From Candidatus Planktophila sp. (GTDB taxonomy: Bacteria > Actinomycetota > Actinomycetes > Nanopelagicales > Nanopelagicaceae): 64,000 nucleotides of DNA. The first letter of the stretch is position 1; every line of letters starts with the position of its first letter. Below, piece by piece: positions 1-10,634 of this stretch. The notes under the pieces are model-generated. The model saw only the letters and a program-made list of their open reading frames with translations. It ran no database searches and was not told the origin of the DNA. Both the position numbers and the translations under genes were made by a program. The DNA is taken from contig JBBAMS010000006.1 of assembly GCA_040402415.1 (NCBI GenBank), positions 214-64,213 of the forward strand. Direction: 5' to 3'.

Positions 1-370
1 TTGCTGGGCGTCCGATCTCTCCCAGAGCGTCGAGAGCTGCTCGAATAGTTCTACCCGAGAAGAGAACATCATCGACAAGGATTACGCTTCTGTTTTCGAC
101 CCCCAGCGCTGGAATTGTGGTGGGCATGAGTGCGCGGGGTGGTCTCATCCGCAAATCATCGCGATGCAGCGTGATATCGAGAGTTCCGCACTGAACTGCT
201 TTTCCTTCAATCGCCTCAATTTTGGCGGCAATTCGCGCAGCAAGGTGTGCGCCTCGTGTAGGAATTCCTAAGAGAGTGATTAATTCTGAACCAGAGTTAC
301 GTTCAAGAATCTCATGCGAAATACGCGTGATGGCGCGATCCATATCTGGCGCCGGCAGGGCAAGGCTCAT
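1..370 (-). CDS. pyrR: Bifunctional pyrimidine regulatory protein PyrR / uracil phosphoribosyltransferase (runs off window start)
   Basis: Not in the ORF track; translated by hand from ATG at 370: MSLALPAPDMDRAITRISHEILERN...LLGIPTRG...GTLDITLHRDDL...VILVDDVLSSGRTIRAALDAL (PRPP-binding loop and PyrR signatures). Confidence 0.95.
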   Translation of the reverse strand, partial: MSLALPAPDMDRAITRISHEILERNSGSELITLLGIPTRGAHLAARIAAKIEAIEGKAVQCGTLDITLHRDDLRMRPPRALMPTTIPALGVENRSVILVDDVLFSGRTIRAALDALGEIGRPA

Positions 371-375
371 GTCAA

Positions 376-412
376 TCTCCTTCCCCGTCTCTCAGGACGG
401 GTCGTTAAAGGA
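376..412 (-). promoter_or_regulatory. PyrR-binding RNA stem-loop overlapping the pyrR Shine-Dalgarno
   Basis: Minus strand reads TCCTTTAACGACCCGTCCTGAGAGACGGGGAAGGAGA-TTGAC-ATG: a CUUUAA element plus a GUCCUGAGAGAC loop resembling the PyrR consensus, directly adjoining AAGGAG. Confidence 0.8.
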
Positions 413-494
413 TGTTGACCGAAGTTTATCACTGAATATCGCTCCCTGTGGAAAAGAAGCCGGGTGGGAACGCGCAAGCTCCTATGGTGCAGCC

Positions 495-989
495 ATGAAC
501 CCCGACACAATCACCATGTCTGATATCAGTGCCAAATTACGAACCTTACGCCGTGCGCGTGGCTGGTCACTCCTAGATGTAGAACTACAGAGTAAGGGAA
601 AAATTAAGGCGGTAGTTGTTGGCTCCTACGAACGAGGGACTCGCACCTTGAGCGTAAAGCGGGCGATTGAGATTGCACAGCTCTATGAGGTTCCCCTTTC
701 GCAACTCTTTACTGAGAAGTCGTATACGCCAGGATCAATCTCAGGACGAAAGATGTTGGATCTGCGCACCATCAGCAGGAAGGCGCAGATTGAGAACCAA
801 TGGACGGAGCGATTCTTGATTCTAACTCGCTTCACACGTGCGATTGTTGAATCGAGGCAGGACTGGAACGGCGAAGTGCTCTCACTTCGAAGCGTAGATT
901 GTGGCATCCTGGCTCTCATACTCAATATTGATGAAGCAGAGTTAATGAATTGGCTTGATCAAGAGAAAATATTATTGACGTTGCGCTAG
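495..989 (+). CDS. bldD: BldD-family XRE transcriptional regulator
   Basis: N-terminal HTH KLRTLRRARGWSL...KAVVVGSYERGTR; C-terminal RQDWNGEVLSLRSVD; lies between pyrR and nusB as in Streptomyces. Start moved to ATG 495, which has TATGGT 6 nt upstream. Confidence 0.9.
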   Translation: MNPDTITMSDISAKLRTLRRARGWSLLDVELQSKGKIKAVVVGSYERGTRTLSVKRAIEIAQLYEVPLSQLFTEKSYTPGSISGRKMLDLRTISRKAQIENQWTERFLILTRFTRAIVESRQDWNGEVLSLRSVDCGILALILNIDEAELMNWLDQEKILLTLR

Positions 990-1005
990 CAATTAAAAAT
1001 TGAAA

Positions 1006-1428
1006 CTAAATCGCAATGCTCTCTTTAATGGATGAGACCCGCCCTAACACCCCGTGAATGTAACTCGCTGATTCATCGGTAGATAGTTCCTTTGCCAGAG
1101 TGAGCGCCTCATCGATAGCGATGCCATCATCGAGATCGGCACTCCAGACGATCTCATAAATTCCCAGTCGCAGGATATTTCGATCAACTGCAGGAAGGCG
1201 ATCCATATCCCAGCCCTGGGCATACGTGGTAATCAATTCATCGATTTTACGTTTGTTATCGGTTACACCCGCGATAAGTAACTTGGTGAAATCACGGATG
1301 GGACGAGCATCTGGCCCGTCCTCTTCAACATCTCTAAAGGAGAGCAAATCCATGGCGGATAAGTTACGGATATCAGCTTCGTAGAGAAGATCAAGTGCGT
1401 GCTTTCTAGCCTTACTGCGAGCTGACAC
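1006..1428 (-). CDS. nusB: Transcription antitermination factor NusB
   Basis: ARSKARKHALDLLYEAD, DRLPAVDRNILRLG, AIDEAL, YIHGVLG; follows efp. Confidence 0.97.
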   Translation of the reverse strand: MSARSKARKHALDLLYEADIRNLSAMDLLSFRDVEEDGPDARPIRDFTKLLIAGVTDNKRKIDELITTYAQGWDMDRLPAVDRNILRLGIYEIVWSADLDDGIAIDEALTLAKELSTDESASYIHGVLGRVSSIKESIAI

Positions 1429-1988
1429 TAGTTGGCGCGACCCTGGTACGAACCATCGCGAGTATCGACGAGAACTACTTCATCTTGCTTAATAAATAGA
1501 GGAACTTGAATCTGAATTCCGGTTTCGACAGTTGCAGGCTTTGTTCCACCAGATGATCGATCGCCCTGTAAGCCAGGTTCGGTGTAGGTAATTTTAAGTG
1601 GAACAGATGCAGGAAGTTCGATGTAGAGAGGGTTACCCTCGTGAATTGCAACGATTGCACCAGTATTTTCAAGCATGTAATTCACGGCATCACCAATTGT
1701 TGCCTCTGAGATATTCATCTGATCGAAGTTGATGTTATCCATGAATACATAATCGTCACCTTCCTTGTACAAGAAGTTCATTTCGCGCTTTTCAAGGATA
1801 GCAATTTCAATCTTTACCCCCGCGTTGAAGGTCTTATCTACAACTTTCCCGGTCATCACTTGCTTGAGCTTGGTGCGAACAAATGCTGGGCCTTTACCCG
1901 GCTTAACGTGTTGAAATTCGACAACAGTCCAGAGCTGACCTTCGATGTCGAGGGTCATGCCATTTTTTAGATCATTTGTTGTTGCCAC
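1428..1988 (-). CDS. efp: Elongation factor P
   Basis: [16 protein letters not shown]; [10 protein letters not shown]; VPLFI; VDTRDGSY. Confidence 0.98.
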   Translation of the reverse strand: MATTNDLKNGMTLDIEGQLWTVVEFQHVKPGKGPAFVRTKLKQVMTGKVVDKTFNAGVKIEIAILEKREMNFLYKEGDDYVFMDNINFDQMNISEATIGDAVNYMLENTGAIVAIHEGNPLYIELPASVPLKITYTEPGLQGDRSSGGTKPATVETGIQIQVPLFIKQDEVVLVDTRDGSYQGRAN

Positions 1989-2052
1989 AATAGCTCCAGT
2001 TCATGTCTTCGCTCATCGAAGGACCATAGACCGCCGAGTTTACCTTATGGAA

Positions 2053-2484
2053 TCAGGCGAGCAGAGCCTTCAAGGCGATTAGTGCAAGTACATAAGAATT
2101 CGGTCCGAATCCTCCAATTGTGCCATTGGCGACACCGGAGATTACTGAAGTATGACGAAACTCTTCACGAGATAGTGGATTTGAAAGATGCACCTCAATC
2201 AGAGGGGCCTTCACCATTTCGGCGGCATCGCGAATCGCATATGAATAATGTGTAAATGCTGCAGGGTTGATTATTACCGGCATATTGCTATCGGCTGCCT
2301 CATGAAGCCAACCAATAATCTCTGACTCGTCATTACTCTGACGAATATCTGCATCGAAGCCTTGAGTCTTTGCCGCGCTATGAATATGCGCTACAAGATC
2401 TGGATATGACATATCGCCATAGATAGAAGAATCACGGATGTCGAGGCGACCAAGATTTGGACCATTGAGAACTAAAACCTTCAT
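2053..2484 (-). CDS. aroQ: Type II 3-dehydroquinate dehydratase
   Basis: VLNGPNL, INPAAFTHYS, EVHLSN, REEFRHTS; ATGA overlap with the aroB stop. Confidence 0.95.
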   Translation of the reverse strand: MKVLVLNGPNLGRLDIRDSSIYGDMSYPDLVAHIHSAAKTQGFDADIRQSNDESEIIGWLHEAADSNMPVIINPAAFTHYSYAIRDAAEMVKAPLIEVHLSNPLSREEFRHTSVISGVANGTIGGFGPNSYVLALIALKALLA

Positions 2485-3536
2485 TGGCATACCTTCTCAT
2501 AAGCGGCCAGCAGCACACTTTCATTTGGATTCTCTAACCGTTGTGTCTTGCCAATCTCAGTAATAACGACGAAGCGAAGTCCCTTCCCACGAGATTTCTT
2601 ATCAAGTTTCATAGATGCAAGTAACTCGGGCCATTGCCCATCTGAATACTTCGTAGGTAACCCCAGAGTAGAAAGGATCTGTAGATGCTCTTCTAGAAGT
2701 GCTTGGCTCATAATTCCAGAGGCTGCTGCAAGGTGTGCGATGAAGGCCATACCGACCGAGACGCATTCGCCGTGACGCAGTGAATATTTCGATGAAAGCT
2801 CAACAGCGTGGCCAAAAGTGTGACCATAATTAAGAATTTCACGGCCAAAGCTCTCTTTGAAATCTCCAGATACAACTTGAGCTTTCACTTGTACGGAGCG
2901 CTCAATGAGTTCCACCGTGAGTTCTCGAGAAGCGCGGATCTCTGCCAAGGACTTCCCCTTGATAGCCGCCAGAATCTCACCATCGTGAATAAATCCACAC
3001 TTAATTACTTCAGCAAGCCCAGCGAGGAAGTCTCGATCAGAGAGCGTGGTGAGCCACTGAATATCGATAATGACCGATATCGGAGAATGGAATGCACCAA
3101 TGAGGTTCTTCCCATAATCGCTATTGATTCCAGTCTTACCACCGATAGCAGCATCAACCATTCCTGCAATCGTTGTCGGAACGGCTACCCAATCGATCCC
3201 GCGTAACCAACTAGCTGCAGCGAAGCCTGCGAAGTCTGTGACTGCGCCTCCCCCTATCCCAATGATGAGATCGTCGCGAGCAAAACCGGCAGCACCGAGG
3301 CAATTCCAGCTCTGTTGCAATATATCCATGCTCTTTCCCGCTTCGCCATCAGGGATAGGGAAATAAAAAAATTCCGTATCCAATCCCTCAAAACGTGGGA
3401 TCGCATTCTTCATATCCGCACTGAAGAAAATGGCAACACGAGAACGTGAGGCCGCAAGCTCTAGCAGTGAGGCCGAAAATGGCGTGTCGATCAGGATATC
3501 GTAATCCCGATCAGTCGAAATATGAATCTTCTTCAT
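2481..3536 (-). CDS. aroB: 3-dehydroquinate synthase
   Basis: GGGAVTDFAGF, VPTT, DAAIGGKTGIN, KNLIGAFH, LNYGHTFGHA, HGE. Confidence 0.97.
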   Translation of the reverse strand: MKKIHISTDRDYDILIDTPFSASLLELAASRSRVAIFFSADMKNAIPRFEGLDTEFFYFPIPDGEAGKSMDILQQSWNCLGAAGFARDDLIIGIGGGAVTDFAGFAAASWLRGIDWVAVPTTIAGMVDAAIGGKTGINSDYGKNLIGAFHSPISVIIDIQWLTTLSDRDFLAGLAEVIKCGFIHDGEILAAIKGKSLAEIRASRELTVELIERSVQVKAQVVSGDFKESFGREILNYGHTFGHAVELSSKYSLRHGECVSVGMAFIAHLAAASGIMSQALLEEHLQILSTLGLPTKYSDGQWPELLASMKLDKKSRGKGLRFVVITEIGKTQRLENPNESVLLAAYEKVCQ

Positions 3537-4039
3537 GAAATCACCGCAAGAATTTCATCAACAATGTCTTCCTTGGATTTCGAATTCACATCAATTACCT
3601 TATCTGCGATTGACTCGTAGATCGGACGACGCTCCTGCATAAGAGTCTCCCATTGGCCACGTGGATTGTGTAGCAATAGAGGTCGATCCCGATTGAAACC
3701 TATGCGAGGTGCAACCGCTGCAAGCGATATGTCGAAGTACACGACAGGTGAAGCTATCACTCTGAGCGCGGATTGTGCATCGATTGAGATAGGAGCACCA
3801 CCACCGAGAGCAAGAATGGTCTCATTACTCAATAACTCATTACGAAGGACTGCCTTTTCAAGTGAACGGAATTTCTCTTCCCCGTCTTCAAGAAATATCT
3901 CCGCCACAGTCTTTCCGTTTTCCTCTTCAATGATTGCATCAGTGTCGCGGAATGTGAGTGCAAGTTTTTCAGCAACAAGCTTTCCGATAGTCGTTTTTCC
4001 TGAACCCATCGGCCCTATCAATATTAGACGCGGCGGCAT
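3533..4039 (-). CDS. aroK: Shikimate kinase
   Basis: GPMGSGKTT P-loop, DTD, GEEKFRSLE, LGGG, RPLL. Confidence 0.97.
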   Translation of the reverse strand: MPPRLILIGPMGSGKTTIGKLVAEKLALTFRDTDAIIEEENGKTVAEIFLEDGEEKFRSLEKAVLRNELLSNETILALGGGAPISIDAQSALRVIASPVVYFDISLAAVAPRIGFNRDRPLLLHNPRGQWETLMQERRPIYESIADKVIDVNSKSKEDIVDEILAVIS

Positions 4040-4045
4040 GGCGAC

Positions 4046-5227
4046 TTACTTGAAGCGGAGATTCTTCATATATGACTCGTAGTTACGACGAGTCTCTTGT
4101 ACGGAATCTCCACCAAACTTCTCAAGAACTGCTTCAGCTAAAACAAGTGCAGCCATTGCTTCTGCGACTACTCCCGACGCCGGAACAGCGCAGACATCTG
4201 AACGTTGATTGATCGCTTTTGCAGCCTCGCCTGTCTTCACATCAATCGTATCGAGCGCCTTAGGAACAGTTGAAATTGGTTTCATCGCAACAGAGATACG
4301 GAGAATTTCACCATTAGACATTCCACCTTCAGTTCCACCTGCACGATCAGTGCGGCGGACAATCGCTCCATTAGATCCCCGCTCAATCTCATCGTGAGCA
4401 ACTGATCCTCTACGAGTAGCAGTTCTGAAACCGTCGCCGATTTCAACTCCCTTAATCGCCTGAATTCCCATCATCGCACCAGCTAAGCGGGCGTCAAGTC
4501 TGCGATCCCAGTGAACGTGTGAGCCGAGTCCAGGTGGAAGATTATAAGCAAGCACTTCACAGACACCGCCGAGTGTGTCTGCATCCTCGTGAGCGGATTC
4601 GATTTCAGCGATCATGGCGGCACTGGTCGTTGGATCACTGCAACGCACTGGATCTTCATCAATTCGCTTCATATCAGTGGCTAATGGAAGTGGGTAATTA
4701 TCCGGAACTCGCGCCGCTCCGATAGAGATCACATGACTTAAAATCGTAATTCCTACACTTTGTTCTAGAAAATTACGAGCAATAGCACCGAGCGCCACAC
4801 GTGCCGCCGTCTCTCGCGCACTGGCTCGCTCAAGAATCGCACGAGCATCATCGAAGTCATACTTCTGCATTCCAACTAAATCTGCATGCCCTGGACGAGG
4901 ACGTGAAAGCGGTGCGTTGCGCGCTAAGTTTTCAATTTCAGATGCCGGGACTGGATCAGCCGACATCACCTTTTCCCACTTTGGCCACTCGCTATTTCCA
5001 ACTTGGATAGAAATTGGGCCACCTTGCGTGATACCGAGACGTACACCACCAAGAATCGTGACTTTATCTGCCTCAAAATTCTGTCGGGCTCCGCGCCCAA
5101 CACCCAGACGGCGTCTTGCTAAATGGAAATCGATATCCGCGGTGGTGACTACAACATGAGCTGGAACTCCTTCGACAATTGCTGAAAGAGCTTGGCCGTG
5201 TGATTCACCCGCAGTAATCCAACGCAT
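4046..5227 (-). CDS. aroC: Chorismate synthase
   Basis: [37 protein letters not shown]. Confidence 0.98.
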   Translation of the reverse strand: MRWITAGESHGQALSAIVEGVPAHVVVTTADIDFHLARRRLGVGRGARQNFEADKVTILGGVRLGITQGGPISIQVGNSEWPKWEKVMSADPVPASEIENLARNAPLSRPRPGHADLVGMQKYDFDDARAILERASARETAARVALGAIARNFLEQSVGITILSHVISIGAARVPDNYPLPLATDMKRIDEDPVRCSDPTTSAAMIAEIESAHEDADTLGGVCEVLAYNLPPGLGSHVHWDRRLDARLAGAMMGIQAIKGVEIGDGFRTATRRGSVAHDEIERGSNGAIVRRTDRAGGTEGGMSNGEILRISVAMKPISTVPKALDTIDVKTGEAAKAINQRSDVCAVPASGVVAEAMAALVLAEAVLEKFGGDSVQETRRNYESYMKNLRFK

Positions 5228-5279
5228 GTGCATATTGTTGCAGAAAAGGACTCAAGGATGAGCATAATTAAATGACACT

Positions 5280-5660
5280 TCACCATGAAATACAGAGAAC
5301 TGCACCACAGAGAGCGGGCGCCAGAGCGATATTTCCTTTGAATGTCCGAAAGAGTACGAGATGTAGAGCCATCAGAGATATCCCGATAAGTGAAACAAAG
5401 ATCCAGTAATTCAGAATTTCACTTTTCGGCGTTAACAGAAGTGCGATGATAGAGACGAGCTTGACATCTCCTGCGCCTAAACCGCAGAGAAGATAGGCAC
5501 CGAAAAGAGCGATTGCGACCAGCGACCCATAAAGAAGGTGAAGGGATGCCTGCCCTGATGTAGAGATCTCGATAACAAGAAGAAGTAGCAGGCGATTAGG
5601 GATGCGGTGGGTGACGAAATCAAAGATTGAAATTCCGATGAGGAGTAGGATCGTGAACAC
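5280..5660 (-). CDS. Prepilin peptidase, A24 family (short TadV/CpaA type)
   Basis: Hydrophobic; ISIFDFVTHRIPN and GLGAGDVKL aspartate motifs. Start is probably GTG 5660 (TACTCT 6 nt upstream). Confidence 0.8.
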   Translation of the reverse strand: MFTILLLIGISIFDFVTHRIPNRLLLLLVIEISTSGQASLHLLYGSLVAIALFGAYLLCGLGAGDVKLVSIIALLLTPKSEILNYWIFVSLIGISLMALHLVLFRTFKGNIALAPALCGAVLCISW

Positions 5661-5706
5661 TTGCAAAGAGTAGATTCAAAAGTTGTCCACTTGATGCGGG
5701 TGTGGA

Positions 5707-6516
5707 TTACTTAGCTGCTTTCGCCAACACCTTTCGCACGTGATTGGCTAAGGAAGAGCGGTCAACTTTCTTATCAAGAACAATCTCGAGTTGATCTATC
5801 CCCTGGTAGAGGAGAAGCTCTAAACCATTGATTACCACTCCACCACAATCTCTCCAGCGCTTTGCAAGCTCCGTTGGCCATGGCTTGTAGATAACATCAA
5901 AGAGAACTGCCTTCACACCTGGTGATAGCGCGTCGGAGAGTAAATCGGCTGCCCCTGCAGGAGTTGTATTAACGACCAGGTCATATTGCGAGAAGTCGAT
6001 ATCTAACGTCCATCGTTGATACTCAAACTTTGCTCTGTGAATCGAACGTTCGAGCGCTTCTTGGCGAATACTTGAGCGACCCAGCACATGAATCTCCGAA
6101 GCGATTGAATCGAGCGCCCCTGTGACTGCGCGCGCAGTTCCCCCAGCACCAAGGATAAGAACTCGATTGAAATTTTTCAGGCCAGCATGTGAGAGCGCAG
6201 AAATAAATCCACTTCCATCAGTGCTTGTCAGACTCCATTGACCCGTGCTGCGATAGATCGTATTACCTGACTGAATCTCTTGAGTGTTACTATCTGTAGC
6301 AAAACCCAGCCCCATAACTTCCTCTTTCAAAGGCATCGTCAAGGAGAGGTAATCGAAATCCTCACCTCGCTCGTAAATGAAGTTTGCAAGATTTCCAGAT
6401 GGAACATCGACAGCTACGTATGAGCCTTCGATCTCTAAAAAATCAAAGGCGGCTGTATGCAGAATCGGAGAAAGAGAATGGCTGATAGGTGAGCCAAGGA
6501 CAGCGCCACGTATCAC
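5707..6516 (-). CDS. aroE: Shikimate dehydrogenase
   Basis: LGSPISHSLSP, SLTMPLK, LGAGGTAR, VNTTPAG, DVIYKPWPT, GLELLLYQG. Confidence 0.95.
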   Translation of the reverse strand: MIRGAVLGSPISHSLSPILHTAAFDFLEIEGSYVAVDVPSGNLANFIYERGEDFDYLSLTMPLKEEVMGLGFATDSNTQEIQSGNTIYRSTGQWSLTSTDGSGFISALSHAGLKNFNRVLILGAGGTARAVTGALDSIASEIHVLGRSSIRQEALERSIHRAKFEYQRWTLDIDFSQYDLVVNTTPAGAADLLSDALSPGVKAVLFDVIYKPWPTELAKRWRDCGGVVINGLELLLYQGIDQLEIVLDKKVDRSSLANHVRKVLAKAAK

Positions 6517-7550
6517 TGTGTCCTCCTAAATTTCCCAGCTTTGAGATTCTTTTCGTATTCTACTTTCCATCCGTTGAATTCATCGAGCGAGGTAGTAAAA
6601 CGGGTATCGAAGGGAGCGACCGTGATGAAAAAGAGCCAATCACCTGCCTGGGGGTGAGTTGCTGCATACATCGCGTCTGCACCCGGATTATTAATAGGTC
6701 CTGGAGGAAAACCGTAATGTTTATAGGTGTTGTAGGGGGAATTAATCAACGTCGACTGAGTGCTGAGGAAGACATTTCCACGAGACTTCTTCACATAATG
6801 AACTGTCGAATCAAATTGAAGAGGCATTCCCTTGTTCAGGCGATTGCGAATTACCTGCGATATCTTTGTGAAGTCCTTGGTATTTCCCTCTGCTTGCGCA
6901 AGCGAGGCAATTATTAGTAATTGTTGCTGAGTGAACTGCCCTTGGGCATCCGTGAAGCCAGCCTTCTGCATCTCACTGAGCGCACGGACAATCATTGTTT
7001 GCAGCGCAACCTTTACCGAAGTTCCCTTTTGGAAACTGTACTGAGCAGGAAAAAGAAGTCCCTCTAAAGAAGTAAATCCTTGAGGTTTGATAAGCGTTCC
7101 TATCGCTTGTGAGACATCTGCTTGAGACATCCCTGCTGCGTAAAACTGCGGAATAACTTCAGAGAGCCATGCACCCTCTGTGATGCTGATTAATCCTGTG
7201 ACACGAGAATAATCAAGAAGTTGCGCTAGCGCCTTCCGAGCGCAAATACCATTGTCAATACGATGGTTGCCAGGAGCGACTGTCTCAGATTTTGGGTTAC
7301 CCACGGCGACCCGGAAATAAGACTCAGAAGATTTCACCACGCCTGCCTTGAAAAGTGATTGCGCAATAGATGAGCCCGACTCGCCGGTCGAAATTCCAAT
7401 ATTTGATGTTGATGTTGATGATGAGCTGCATGGAAAATCTGGGGCAGTGGGACTCGGAGATCTCTGTACGTAAAATACAAGTCCACCAATCGCGAGAATA
7501 ATTGCTAGACCAATAATAGGAATTCTCTGCGAGTTAATCTGAATCTTCAC
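6513..7550 (-). CDS. mltG: Endolytic transglycosylase MltG (YceG family)
   Basis: N-terminal TM; LEGLLFPAQY, IIASLAQAE, NRLNKGMPLQFDST, SPYNTY, PPGPINNPG. Confidence 0.93.
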   Translation of the reverse strand: MKIQINSQRIPIIGLAIILAIGGLVFYVQRSPSPTAPDFPCSSSSTSTSNIGISTGESGSSIAQSLFKAGVVKSSESYFRVAVGNPKSETVAPGNHRIDNGICARKALAQLLDYSRVTGLISITEGAWLSEVIPQFYAAGMSQADVSQAIGTLIKPQGFTSLEGLLFPAQYSFQKGTSVKVALQTMIVRALSEMQKAGFTDAQGQFTQQQLLIIASLAQAEGNTKDFTKISQVIRNRLNKGMPLQFDSTVHYVKKSRGNVFLSTQSTLINSPYNTYKHYGFPPGPINNPGADAMYAATHPQAGDWLFFITVAPFDTRFTTSLDEFNGWKVEYEKNLKAGKFRRTQ

Positions 7551-7959
7551 TCAATAACCCCTGCTCGAGAATCGCAACCGCAGCCATTGCATCGATGAGG
7601 CTCTTAGAATCTCGCGAAGAAACACCAGCTTCCTTCAATTTCTTCAAAGCGCTAACTGTAGAAAGACGCTCATCCACCATAGAAATCGGAAGATTGACGA
7701 GATCTGCTAGAGAAGCGGCAAAGGTACGAACCTTCTCAACGCTTCGCCCTTCAGACCCTGACATATTTACTGGAAGTCCAATAAAGATATGAATTGGTTC
7801 GTGTTCAGTGATGAGGTTGTGTATATCAGCGAGAAAATTCCTATCTTTGCTCCGTAGAACGCATAAAGGTGAAGCAAGAATTCCATCAGGATCGCAGAGA
7901 GCAACACCAGTTCGCACGTCACCGTAATCGAAGGCGATACGACGGCCTCTCATCGCCAC
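7534..7959 (-). CDS. ruvX: Putative pre-16S rRNA nuclease / Holliday junction resolvase RuvX (YqgF)
   Basis: AFDYGDVRTGVA, IGLP, VDERLST, IDAMAAVAILE; follows alaS. Confidence 0.95.
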   Translation of the reverse strand: MAMRGRRIAFDYGDVRTGVALCDPDGILASPLCVLRSKDRNFLADIHNLITEHEPIHIFIGLPVNMSGSEGRSVEKVRTFAASLADLVNLPISMVDERLSTVSALKKLKEAGVSSRDSKSLIDAMAAVAILEQGLLSEDSD

Positions 7960-10634
7960 TACTTTCCTGATATTGAATCAACGATTGCAGCAAGTGCAAT
8001 CTGAGATTTGGAAGAATCCGTGCCGCCACCCTGAGCAAAATCATCCTTACCGCCACCGCCACCGCCCAAGATGGCAGATCCAATCTTGACAAGTGCGCCT
8101 GCTCTCAACCCAGCAGCTTTTGCTGAATCACTGACTGCAACAACAAGCACAGGCTTTCCATCATTTGAGCTGATGAGTGCGATTGCAGATTGTGTTGCAC
8201 GCACTTTGAGGTCAAGTGCAATCTTACGAAGATCATCTCCTGTGATGCCGTCAGCAAGTACTGCTGTAACGACAGAAGTTCCATTCACGACGTACGCACT
8301 ATCGGCAAGGGCGCCTAACTGACCCATCGCTTGTGATGAGCGAACAGTCGCAAGCTCCTTCTCAATATCCTTGACCTTACTGAGCAAATCCGAAATTCGC
8401 TCTGGCAATTCGTCGGCACGTGCACCCTTGATAATTTCCGTTAAGGAGTTTAGCAAAATATGTTCACGAGCTAAGAACTTATACGCATCGACGCCCACAA
8501 GAGCCTCCACGCGACGCACGCCAGCACCAACAGAGGATTCACCAAGAAGTTTGATGACGCCTAGTTGACCGGATCGCTCCACGTGTGTACCGCCGCAGAG
8601 TTCGCGAGCCCAATCACCCACACTCACTACACGCACTTGATCACCGTACTTTTCGCCAAAGAGTGCCATCGCACCGATCTTCTGTGCGGCATCTTGTGTC
8701 ATGGTCTCAGCAGTAACAGCCAAGTTATCCAATAGAAGTGTATTTACCCGTGACTCAACTTCATTGAGAACTAGATCAGAGACAGCGCCCGTTGATGGGA
8801 AGTCAAAACGGAAACGTCCTGGTGAATTCTCTGAACCTGCTTGCGTTGCGGTCTCACCAAGAATCTCGCGGAAAGCTTTATGCACCATATGAGTAGCTGT
8901 ATGTGCGCGCGAAATTGCGTTGCGTCGCTCGAGATCGATTGCGGCTAGCGCCTTAGCGCCAGTTGCGACCTCTCCTGAAATAACTCGTCCTCTATGAACA
9001 GAGAGTCCGTTCACCGGAGTCTGTACATCTTCGATCTCAACAACTGCTCCATGTTCGAGTGTGATGCGACCGCCATCGGCAAGTTGCCCACCGCCTTCAG
9101 CATAGAAAGGGGTGCGATCGAGGACAATCTCAACATCTTGTCCTGATGACGCAGAAACAACGCTGATTCCGTCGACGAGAATGCCGTTGATGACAGTTTC
9201 GCTTTCATTCTGGGTATATCCCACGAATATTGATACTCCCTTCGCATCAGCAATCTTCTTGTACTCAGATAAGTCTGTATGACCACTCTTCTTCGCTTTT
9301 GAATCTGCCTTAGCACGTTCGCGCTGTTCGTTCATGAGGCGTTTAAAACCGACTTCATCAACTTCTAAACCTTCTTCGCGCGCCATCTCTAGAGTAAGGT
9401 CGAATGGGAAACCATATGTGTCATGTAATTTAAATACTTCAGCTCCAGGAAGGAGGTTCTTCTTATTTGCCTTCAGCTGCGATGAAGCCATATCAAATAT
9501 TTGGGTACCGGATTTGAGCGTCTGCAGGAATGATTCTTCTTCAGCGACAGAGACTGCAAGAATTCGCTTTTTATCTGCAATCAATTCAGGGTATTGCGGA
9601 CCCATGGCGCCTATGGCTGCAACAGTGAGCTCGGACATGATGGGATCATTGACACCCATAAGTCGCATATTACGAATCGTTCGGCGCATCATGCGACGCA
9701 GTACATAACCGCGCCCTTCATTGCCTGGTGTTATGCCATCTCCAATAAGCATCGCCGATGTTCGCGCGTGATCTGCCACTACGCGAAGTGAAACATCTGT
9801 GTTCTGCGATTTTCCATAAGAGACTCCAGCCAGTGCCGATGCCTTCGTGAGAATCTGCATCGTGGTATCAATTTCGTAGATATTCTCCACACCTTGTAAT
9901 AGCGCAGCAGTTCGTTCTAGACCTAAACCAGTGTCAATGCTCTTTGCCGGAAGCTCTCCGAGAATCGGAAATCCATCTTTACCGCCACCTGCACCGCGTT
10001 CATTCTGCATAAAGACGAGGTTCCAAACTTCCATGTAACGATTCTCATCAGCTACAGGTCCACCTTCGATCCCGTATTCCGGGCCGCGATCAAAATAAAT
10101 CTCTGAACAAGGACCACAGGGGCCAGGAACTCCCATCGACCAGAAGTTATCAGCCATATCGCGACGTTGAATTCGCTCGCGTGGGATTCCAATTTTCTTA
10201 TGCCAAATATCCGCCGCTTCATCGTCATCGAGATAGACGGTTACCCATAGACGATCTTCAGGAAGACCATATCCGCCATCGTTAATGGGACGAGTGAGAA
10301 GCTCCCACGCAAGAGAGATTGCGCCCTCTTTGAAGTAATCACCAAATGAGAAATTTCCGCACATTTGAAAGAAAGATGCATGCCTCGTTGTTTTCCCTAC
10401 TTCATCAATATCTAGCGTACGAACACACTTCTGCACCGATGTTGCGCGCTTATACGGTGGGGTCACTTCTCCGAGAAAGAATGGCTTAAATGGGACCATT
10501 CCCGCGTTAACGAGAAGAAGGTTTGGATCATCGGCGATAAGGGAAGCCGATGGAACAACGGTATGAATTAAACCTTCTCGGTTCTCAGATTCAAAGAAGC
10601 GCAGCCAGCGCGAACGGATCTCGGCGGATTCCAC
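7959..10634 (-). CDS. alaS: Alanine--tRNA ligase
   Basis: [37 protein letters not shown]; editing motifs HTATH and ELCGGTH; [13 protein letters not shown]. Confidence 0.99.
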   Translation of the reverse strand: MESAEIRSRWLRFFESENREGLIHTVVPSASLIADDPNLLLVNAGMVPFKPFFLGEVTPPYKRATSVQKCVRTLDIDEVGKTTRHASFFQMCGNFSFGDYFKEGAISLAWELLTRPINDGGYGLPEDRLWVTVYLDDDEAADIWHKKIGIPRERIQRRDMADNFWSMGVPGPCGPCSEIYFDRGPEYGIEGGPVADENRYMEVWNLVFMQNERGAGGGKDGFPILGELPAKSIDTGLGLERTAALLQGVENIYEIDTTMQILTKASALAGVSYGKSQNTDVSLRVVADHARTSAMLIGDGITPGNEGRGYVLRRMMRRTIRNMRLMGVNDPIMSELTVAAIGAMGPQYPELIADKKRILAVSVAEEESFLQTLKSGTQIFDMASSQLKANKKNLLPGAEVFKLHDTYGFPFDLTLEMAREEGLEVDEVGFKRLMNEQRERAKADSKAKKSGHTDLSEYKKIADAKGVSIFVGYTQNESETVINGILVDGISVVSASSGQDVEIVLDRTPFYAEGGGQLADGGRITLEHGAVVEIEDVQTPVNGLSVHRGRVISGEVATGAKALAAIDLERRNAISRAHTATHMVHKAFREILGETATQAGSENSPGRFRFDFPSTGAVSDLVLNEVESRVNTLLLDNLAVTAETMTQDAAQKIGAMALFGEKYGDQVRVVSVGDWARELCGGTHVERSGQLGVIKLLGESSVGAGVRRVEALVGVDAYKFLAREHILLNSLTEIIKGARADELPERISDLLSKVKDIEKELATVRSSQAMGQLGALADSAYVVNGTSVVTAVLADGITGDDLRKIALDLKVRATQSAIALISSNDGKPVLVVAVSDSAKAAGLRAGALVKIGSAILGGGGGGKDDFAQGGGTDSSKSQIALAAIVDSISGK

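Noticed and set aside
222-494. 91-codon N-terminal extension of the 255-aa ORF
   Set aside because: It is antisense to pyrR and its leader; BldD similarity and a -10 box support a start at 495.
420-494. BldD autoregulatory box upstream of bldD
   Set aside because: No convincing match to the TNAC-N5-GTNA palindrome by eye.
1428-1988. EF-P without modification genes nearby
   Set aside because: Actinobacterial EF-P with the PGKGP loop is reported to function unmodified, so this is ordinary.
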